A program made the translations under genes and the position numbers. Positions 55,495 through 64,000 of a DNA stretch of 64,000 bases are shown here, piece by piece (the stretch's first letter is position 1; every line of letters begins with the position of its first letter). The DNA is from Kudoa neothunni (taxonomy: Eukaryota > Animalia > Cnidaria). The notes under the pieces were generated by a model. That model made no database searches. It was not told the origin of the DNA and saw nothing but the letters and a program-made list of their open reading frames with translations. The stretch is taken from the NCBI GenBank assembly GCA_964304625.1, contig OZ199840.1, positions 2,965,189 through 3,029,188 on the forward strand. Direction: 5' to 3'.

Positions 55495-55677
55495 TGTTAG
55501 AGGATGGAATTTTTTGGGCATAACCTGAACTTATATTTTAGCCAAGTTTTTGATATGTGGTACATTTAATAAATATAGGAAAATTACGTAATTTTCAATT
55601 TTCTATGAGAAGGTTATAAAATTTCATTCCCACATTAAACGTGGTTTGAGGCGTAATTCATCCCAAGTCCGTTAGAG

Positions 55678-56336
55678 CAGTGGTTCACAACCTTTTTTTT
55701 ATCGAGACCCATCTTTTCTTAAAAAAAACTCTGTCCCTCATCATTTTCGAAAGTATTGATTTTTTTAAATTAAACTGTTTACAATTTTGAATAAGGCTCC
55801 CTATAACATTAAAATTTGAAAGCAATTTATATATACTAATTTTTCATTAAAATTAAAATGGATTCGTTCAGATCTCGCTTAATTTAACGAAGAACCTCAA
55901 AAATTAACATCTTCAATTGTTCATTCCGTCAAAAACGACGTCGAATGGAACTCGTGGCAACCCAGCCACCATTAGGAAACATTTTCGTGTATATGGAGCT
56001 AATAAACGGAAAATAAATGATATAAACACAAAATTAATCAATATATTAGGTTAATCAAAAAAGGTGATATATGATTCTAAATGCGACAAGTTTGAGATTC
56101 AAACCATTCTGATTCTATTCGAATGAAGGACACGTTAAACATTATTTTTAATGATTATGTAAATAGTCATTGATTTTGGGTTTCTAATGATGCTAATCGT
56201 CACTTAAAAATAAGCGATGTTTACTTCAAAGTACATCATACTATCAAATTATCCCACCAGTATCCGTGTAACACCAATACTCAGGATTTTCCACGCCCCA
56301 TCAAAATTTTTTCACGCCTCACGTTGAGGAGCACTG
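55678..56336 (+). mobile_element. hAT (Buster-type) MITE
   Basis: CAGTGGTTCACAAC ... GTTGAGGAGCACTG TIRs; TSD cgttagag/agttagag; homologous to copies at 6034 and 40115. Confidence 0.8.
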
Positions 56337-56350
56337 AGTTAGAGGGTTAA

Positions 56351-57627
56351 CCCTCGAAGGACGGTGGTAAAAAACCACGCGCGGGACTAGACAGGTACTT
56401 TGTGATCTCAACAATTTTAGATGATTATTTGATAGTAATTGCTTAAAAACTGGAAGTTATAATCAACTCAATCTAGTGCTTCTTAACGGCCATATAAAAA
56501 TGATCAAAAATTTTTGTATTTTGAAAAAAATTTGGTAAACCCTCAAAACAAAAAATTAACACACATAAACCAAGACTCAATCTAATATTGGTCCAATATG
56601 TGTACATTACCACATTTTTACATTTACTGTCGAAGGAAACGGTAATGGAAAATTCTACATGGAAATTTCTACACATTGTTGAAGTCACTCCAATCAGCCG
56701 CTTAATCACTAGCTCCAGAAAGCACCGATAACAACAGATTGTAAGATGGGGGTTAATTATAAGTACATTCTCATGTCTATAAATAAACAGTTTATTCTTC
56801 TTTTAAAAACAAAATATACCGTCTAAAATATGGATAAAAACATAATATTTGGCTATTATATTAATTTAAAACTATTTGAATTAAATCACACTGAACAAGG
56901 TAATAGGAATGTATGAAATAAATTTTACAATGTAAATATAAACCCAATATGATAGTTACAATTATATATATATATATATATACAATGAGTTTTTATGAGA
57001 CTAGAAAACATAAAGATTTTAACGGATAATTCAATCGAAGTCGAAATTATATAGTAGAATATGCGCGTTCCACAATCGCCTACTAGGCTCCGATTTGGGG
57101 AGTTTGGTCGTCCTCCCAGCGGTGACTTTTGGAAACATAATGCTGTACCTTCTGTAATGAACGTATCGCAGATTTTCTTATATCATTTCTACATTAATAA
57201 TAATAATATTTAGTCGTTAATTTAATTAGCTTTAATTTAAAGTTTGTGAATCCCGTGTTAATCTCATTCTTAATTTCTCAACCATATTGGAGCTTATCGG
57301 ATTGGACATAAATCTGACTAATTTCCTTCTTATATATATTTTTATAAATATTTTTGATTGTATTATATATTTATGAATCAAACTTTATTAAAATAATATT
57401 AAATATTGGGTTTTAATGGATGAATTTTTCGTCAAAACCTAAAGAAACACCAAAATCTTCTAAATAACCAAATTTAAAATCAAACGTTAGTTCACAAAAA
57501 AAATCTTTAATACTTAAACAGAGAATTCATTGAATACGGGTTCAATGATAATCTCATTTCTATGCGAAAATCAAAAAATTCGAAAATTGTGGTCCCGAAA
57601 TATCCCGCATCATCCGTCGGGGGAGGG
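56351..57627. mobile_element. piggyBac-type MITE / deletion derivative
   Basis: TTAA|CCCTCGAAGGACGG ... CCGTCGGGGGAGGG|TTAA; shares the TTAA at 56347-56350 with the preceding element; same left end occurs near 2660. Confidence 0.7.
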
Positions 57628-57820
57628 TTAAAGAATAACTTTAATCTCGCGCCCGCGCGTTCGGTAAAAACCCGTCGTGTTGCCGCCTATTGTACATTAT
57701 AAATTTGAGTTATCACCATTAAAATCAAAAGATTATTATTGTTGCCAGGAAAATCCTGAAATAAAAAAAATATATAAGAAAAATACGTAAGAGATCATTG
57801 TATATAGAATAATTTTTGTA

Positions 57821-59720
57821 TTAAAGATTAGCAATTTTATTATTTGAATGGTAGAACCGATAAATGAAAACAAGAACTGTTACCAAAATAGGTGAAGTGG
57901 TAATGGCCAAAGTCAGGGTGGAAATTTTTAATTTTGTTATTCTCTTCTTATATTTTGGCACTAAATAGATATTTTGGTTGGAAACATCAGGAATAATAGA
58001 TTCTGGGCTGAGCAAACAAGTGGAATCTAAAATCAGTAGATTTAGATTTTATAGAAGATTTAGTAGTGGGGATACTGGATGTATTTTCGGAGGTGACATA
58101 TGTTTCAGTTGAAATTGCGGTTATTGGTTTCTCCCTAAAAACACTTTTTTTCAACCAACCATTTATTTACGGATACATTATTGGATCATTTGGATGTATC
58201 GAGCCAAACAAGGGATCAAAAAATAAATATTCTCTGAAATCGTTGTACCCAATATGTCTCCTAAAATCATTAATCTGTATACGAAATTTATAAATTACGT
58301 TTCTTTTATAAATATTATGATGTAATCAGAGAATAAGGATTTTTCAATGATTATAGTGTAAATGATGCTAAGTTGAAAACACTCAATGAATATGAAATAG
58401 TTATCCTAAATGTCCAATTATAATGTCCTGACTCAGCTAATAAATACATGGTAATGTTTATCGGAATCGTGGTAACAATTATCATTACGATATTTATGTA
58501 TATTTTGAGTCAAATATTTTAGCTTTTGTCCCTTAAACTCGAAGTTATCGTTGTAAATCTATTTTTTTATCATTTTGATCCTTTATAACCAAATTCACCT
58601 CTATTTCTTTTTTCTCCGAGAATAATTTCTTGTCTTTAATTGCTGAAAAGTTACAATGGTGATTCTTGTTACAATTATTTTTGTTGTTTAATACGGAACG
58701 AATCAACAAGGAGCATCTTTCTGAGTCATATACTCCCAAAAAGGTGGCTTCACATTTAGGTATCAGCTCAGGCATGCACACATTATTCATAGGAACGTGC
58801 TGGAATTTTGTTTCAAGCCCACTAATAATACAAGGGTGAACAAATTGTTCTTTTTTTGCTCCCTATGTACTTAAGAATTATTTCGGAATGAAAAAACCGG
58901 TTTACCTTTGCCAACGTTGATATGTTAATGTTAATATATGTTTGAAAGTCAAACAGTAAAAGTTGTAAATAGCTGCAATGTACTTTGGATTTTTAATTGA
59001 AAATTCTTTTATGATCCATTTATCATCTGGGTGTGGGTTTTCGGTGAAAATTCCAACCATTAAACCAAAATTTGATATAAGAATGAATGATGTTTCATCT
59101 AGATCCTTTTTAATTTAGATCATATTTTATGTTCATAACAATAATGACCTACTCCGCGAAGTTATAATTGTACTTCAAAAGCTCCAATAAACCACTCGTA
59201 TTTTCATCAACTATCACTGGTTTTTCCAATAATATGTTTTTGAATCCTGAGGAGACAATTTTCTCGGCATCACTTTGTAATATCATTCTCAACTCATCGT
59301 CAGTTTTTCTTTAATTAAATTATAGATTGTTAAAATTTTTGTTATATACTGGTACATAAAATCGGTGGAGTAGATAATTAGAGATACAATTTGGCTATGT
59401 TCTTCAGGTTGCCATCCGCATAAATCAATAGCGTTATCTATGCAATCGAGGACCCCACATTCATCTGCTTAATATAACATAATTGGTAAAGTTGTAATTC
59501 TTTTATCATAACGCGAATTACTTCTCGCATTCAACTCTCCAAGTATGAGAAAACCGACTATATGCCATACATCGAGTATAGTTTTGGAGTCCGAAAGAAC
59601 CCCGAATTTTTATTATTTATCTTGTTACATAATAAAATGAAATATAATTATGCTATTTAAATGATTTATTATCGTCCTCATAACGAAATAGTCCTAATTT
59701 ATATGTGAAACAACAACAGT
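57821..59720 (-). pseudogene. degenerate VWA/integrin-beta-like membrane protein gene (possibly frameshifted)
   Basis: Exon ~59467-59357 gives DECGVLDCIDNAIDLCGWQPEEHSQIVSLIIYSTDF, resembling integrin-beta EGGFDAIMQVAVC..IGWR...LLVFSTD; Cys-rich ORF 58545-58790; C-terminal hydrophobic helix in ORF 57821-58015; phases do not reconcile near 59150 and 58975; 5' end unresolved. Confidence 0.4.
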
Positions 59721-60413
59721 TTAAACCATAAAATCATTTATTTTGTAGTCGCATATGTCTAAATATTAATTAAATTTTTTATAAATATATCTTATGATCT
59801 TGTTACAATAATAGCTAAATATTAAATTGAAAGTCGAATTTATAAGTATGACAGTAATATTTGTAGATACATATGCAATAAAAACATGAATCTGATATTA
59901 TCGATTTTTAAAGTAATTAAATGAAATTATATGAAATAATTTAAATTATTATATCACTCAATTGATATGATTATAAAAATTAAAATAATCGGCATATCGA
60001 CTATTACTCACACACATGCAGACTAATTATTTATAATGAAAAATGAATTAATAATAAATTATCAAATAATTAATATATTCCTTAACCAGGATAAAAATAC
60101 TCAAAAATAATAATGAAAAATAGAATCTACAACTAAATAAATGTTTCCTGTCATTCTTTGTTAGGCACTTGGAATAAAGAATTTACCATGTATTTGTTAC
60201 AACAGTATTTGGAGCAACCGTAAAGTTTCATCATTGTTTGTATCAAAAAATCAAAGACATAAACTACACCTTTTCTCGTCACAAACTTCGCAATATCATG
60301 AGCTGAAATTAGCACAGTTGGTTGCTGATGGGCTTCGCTAATTATTAGTTCACAAGCAGTTTAAATAATTTCCTCTACTAATTTTTGGTTGACTAAATAA
60401 ATTTTTATATAAA

Positions 60414-61533
60414 TTAATGGGAACTGCCCAGCGTTTCTTGGGGAAGAATTCGCATAGATATACTTCTTAGTAATATTCAAAAAATATATTGAAGTTTCAA
60501 AGTAACTACAAATTTTTAAGTGTATTACTTTCAACGATTTGGATTAGCGAAATTTAAATTATGATCATTTCTGTGAAGGAAAATATCTATCTTGGCGTTC
60601 GTTTAAAAGTTTCGGGGCCCGGCACCAACGCTAAATAATTTATTATCAGTGTCGTATTTTTTGCATTCCCGAATTATTCAAATCCCCTTAAAATGTTAAC
60701 CTAAACGTTATTTTTGGCCTGGCTAAGAAAGTTTGTGCACCACTGTTTACGGGAGACAAATAAATAGAAAAAGATATAGAGATAGAAGAAAATAGACGAA
60801 AATTAATTTTGATTACTCAAATTATTATCTCTTGGTCCGACAAGTGCTTAACTCACTTTTTCCCATAAACAACCACAAATCGCATCAACTACAACATACA
60901 CAATTTGAATAATCGGATGAAGTAAAAGTACAACCATCTGCATTGAATTTAATCACGGAAAGTTAAACTTAACGGACGATTTCAATGAAATCTACGGACG
61001 CATTATTTCCATTATAATGCTTCAATCAATGTAATTTTAATGTTTTCCATCAATTCGTTATTCATGAAACATATATAGATTTTTTATCATATCTAAAACC
61101 ATTACTAGAACCTTCAAATGTGTTTATCAAGTCAAATACGTTAAAACTCCCGACATAGAGAATGTATCTGCACGAACATCTAAATCTACACGCTAAATTT
61201 ATATATAAAGCCAGATAGCAGCAGTTAATCAACATTTGATTGAACAAATAAAGGGGGAATTAATTTCAACCACCCATCAGCATGTCATAAGCACGTGTTA
61301 ATCCTATTGTTGAACTCAAGTAATCCGATAAACAAACTTTGAATAGACGAAACAAATATTTTATAAACGCTTTTGGGGAGATTTGGAAGTGTACAAACGA
61401 TTTAAATATTGGCTGAAACATTGTAATTTAACAAAAATTTCATAAATGTCTCTCTATAAGGAAAATATCTTGACGCACATGCATACTTGCTGACACATAC
61501 ACACGGACATATCAGCTTTATATATATAGTAGA
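60414..61533 (-). mobile_element. non-autonomous Helitron, family B
   Basis: Minus strand A|TCTACTATATATATAAAG start; putative 3' hairpin CCCAAGAAACGCTGGG followed by a degenerate CATTAA|T end. Confidence 0.5.
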
Positions 61534-61538
61534 TAGTA

Positions 61539-63265
61539 CAGGGTTTCCCAAGGGGTGCATGAAGCAATCATTGGGAATGCGGGAGCATCCTAAGATGAAT
61601 TGAGAATTTAAGCCTGACTATATGACTGAAAGAAAAAATTTGAGTTCAAAAATTCAGTTTGAAGCTACCGTATTTAATCAAATATCATATAATGGGATAT
61701 TTTGTTAATGAAATACTCTAATAATAGCAGATTTATATGGTGCACTTTCCATTAAAATCATTCTATCTTTTAAAATCATATAAATTTTTAATTCAAAAAA
61801 TCGTCACTTACCAAACACTTATTAATTATTAATAAAATACTGTCAACTTGTCTTTTGGAGTACGCAGACGTTAACAGATTTCAACTTAATGCTGTGAATT
61901 TAATGAACGAGTTAATATCGACCACGCATCATCATGACCGACTCCCAAAAGGTTAGAAAATGGAATGAGGATTATACTAAGTATGGCTTCACAAGAGTTA
62001 CCATTGAAGAAATTGACCGCCCTCGTTGTATTCTTTGCATCTCAACGTGTCCAATGCCAACCTAAAACAATCCAAGCTCGGCGAACATTTTCGAGCTATT
62101 CATAGTGGTAGTTCAAAAACTGGAAACGATTTCGATTCGGTGAAAGCCAAAAGTACTCGATAGGACATGAAAGGAAAACTTGCGAGTTATGGATTTGTTA
62201 ATGAGGAGAAACCTTTACTTTTGGCTTCCTTCAAGATTGCCTATGAAATTGTAAAAAAGATAAAAGCCCATACAATTGCGGAGGGTCTGATGAAAACTTG
62301 CATCGTCGAATCTGCAAAAATTATATTGGGTGAAGAGGCTGCAAAAAAACTTCAAAGGATCCCTATGTCCAACAATATTATAAGGAACAGAATAGATGCC
62401 ATTGGTGCTGATATTCTTGGCCAACTTATTTTTGATATCAAAGTATCTCCTCTGAAGATATCAATTCAACTTGATGAATCGACGGATGTAGACAATTGCA
62501 GCCAGCTAATAGCGTTTGTTCTCTTCGTCAAAGAAAACATCATTCGTGAAGAATTTCTTTTTTGCACGCGTCTGAACACAACGACAACTGCTGAGGATAT
62601 ATTTAATGTAATCAAATCTTTTTTTATTAATAAGGAGATTCCATTGACTATTATTGGATCAATTTGTACGGATGATACTCCTGCGATGCTGGGTGTTAAA
62701 CCTGGACTCGTTGCCCTCATGAGAAAGGAAGTGTCTGATGTAATGGTCACGCATTTGTATCCTACACCGCTAGGCCTTAATGTCGGAGACTTTGCCAGGA
62801 CCTCTAAAAGACGTCACGGATGCATATGTTAAAATACTTAATTTTATTCGCTCAAGGGCACTGAATCATCGTTTGTCTAGGGCGTTTTGCAATGAACTTG
62901 GCAGTGAATTCTCAGTTTTGTTATTTCATACAGAAGTAAGACGGCTTTCTCTTGGTAAAGTATTGGCTAGATTATTGTAATGTACGCCAAGAAAGCCACT
63001 GTTCCGTAAATACACACAAAATATACGTAAGAGTAAAAACATGAGCGCGCCCTAATTAAATGCCTTACAATTATTCACCTTAAGAAAGGAAGTTGAAGAA
63101 TTCTTAAGAATGAAAAAATCCAACTTTGATAACGCTATGGAGAACCCTACTTTTTCGGTAATACTAGCACACTCGGCAGATATATTTCAACACCTGAACG
63201 ATTTAAATTGTTCAATTCGAGGGAAAGGAGTTAACATGGTGATAGCGTCTGAGAAACTGCGAGTC
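61539..63265 (+). mobile_element. decayed Buster-type hAT transposon (ZBED5/ZBED8-like transposase pseudogene), right end missing
   Basis: Left TIR CAGGGTTTCCCAA after agaTAgta; from ATG 61934 RKWNEDYTKYGF, KAHTIAEGL, SIQLDESTD, ICTDDTPAM, LLFHTEVRRLS; stops and frameshifts; sequence diverges after ~63265. Confidence 0.92.
62976..63069. mobile_element. 94-bp solo LTR-like insertion
   Basis: TGTAA...TTACA ends; exact 5-bp TSD attat (62971-62975, 63070-63074); removal restores the transposase frame KVLARLFTLRKEVEEFL. Confidence 0.8.
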
Positions 63266-64000
63266 GCACATAAATCATTCCTAATCCCTATTTATATTAT
63301 CTGTTGAAGTGTTCTTTGGTTTTATCACGTTATTTTCTGTTGATGATTAATCTAATCCTACCTCCACAATAATTTAAACCATTATATTTACGTAGTTAGT
63401 CGTTAATCTGTATTATTATTGTGAGAAACGTGTCTCTATTAGCGTACGTAACACTTTCAAACACGGATAGTCATTATTCCGGCTGACCTTGCATACAGGG
63501 GTCCCTAATCCATCACCGCTTCTCGTCTTTCCTATTAAAAATTATTCCTCCTGTAAAGAAATGGTAGAATATTTTGTATTCTGATGCTGCGCTGCAATCA
63601 AATTCCTGTATGATGTAGGGATAATAAACAAGTCAAGCCACTGTGTTCACTGTGGAAACATTGGATCCTCTGTAGATCGCGAACAATGATGTTGTACAAA
63701 AATAGAACGCAGGGAAAAATTCCTTTTTCAATGGTACTTTCTCTTCTTTGTACAAGTTTCCAATAAATGTGGTGCTTGAGTTTTCATACTATTGGTTAAC
63801 TGGAATTAAATCAACACAACTTGGTTTTATAATCGGACACTCAACAAATACCATCAAAGATACATTTAACGTTATAAAATATCGAATTTCTCCAAGAAAC
63901 CGAACATCATGAATCAATGATGATGGAGAAATTGTTCATAGTGCCATAGATGAGCTTTTATTTAAATTCCAATGGAGACGAAAAACCATTCACATCTCTG

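Larger units (their letters stand above)
54263..56346. mobile_element. piggyBac-type MITE hosting two hAT MITEs
   Basis: TTAA|CTTTCTAAG ... TTAGAGGG|TTAA; same terminal type as 38883-39870. Confidence 0.6.

Noticed and set aside
1-64000. CRISPR arrays, rRNA, tRNA, snRNA, non-standard genetic code, non-canonical introns
   Set aside because: No repeat-spacer arrays or recognisable RNA-gene motifs; conserved genes translate in the standard code with GT-AG introns

Overview
AT-rich eukaryotic (animal-type) genomic DNA. Genes are compact, with canonical GT-AG introns mostly about 40-90 nt long, and are separated by long stretches of decayed DNA transposons. The pattern fits a reduced metazoan parasite, but the sequence alone cannot identify the organism. 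Spliced genes assembled by eye: fructose-1,6-bisphosphatase, a minimal classical protein tyrosine phosphatase, an unnamed ~868-aa type I membrane protein with six Cys4/FN3-like repeats, a shortened SETD1/Set1 methyltransferase, NSF, RNA polymerase I subunit RPA2, and a degenerate VWA/integrin-beta-like gene. Mobile DNA includes a 5.5-kb Mutator-like element (9-bp TSD) inside an intron of the membrane-protein gene, several non-autonomous Helitrons, a decayed piggyBac, a decayed Buster-type hAT carrying a 94-bp solo LTR, and many piggyBac, hAT and Tc1 MITEs. The most notable items are the Cys4-FN3 surface-protein gene and its TE-inflated intron, a structured retrozyme-like fragment with half a hammerhead core (16312-16614), and a mini-SETD1 with no RRM and a degenerate WIN motif. 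All exon boundaries and homologies were read manually and need computational confirmation.
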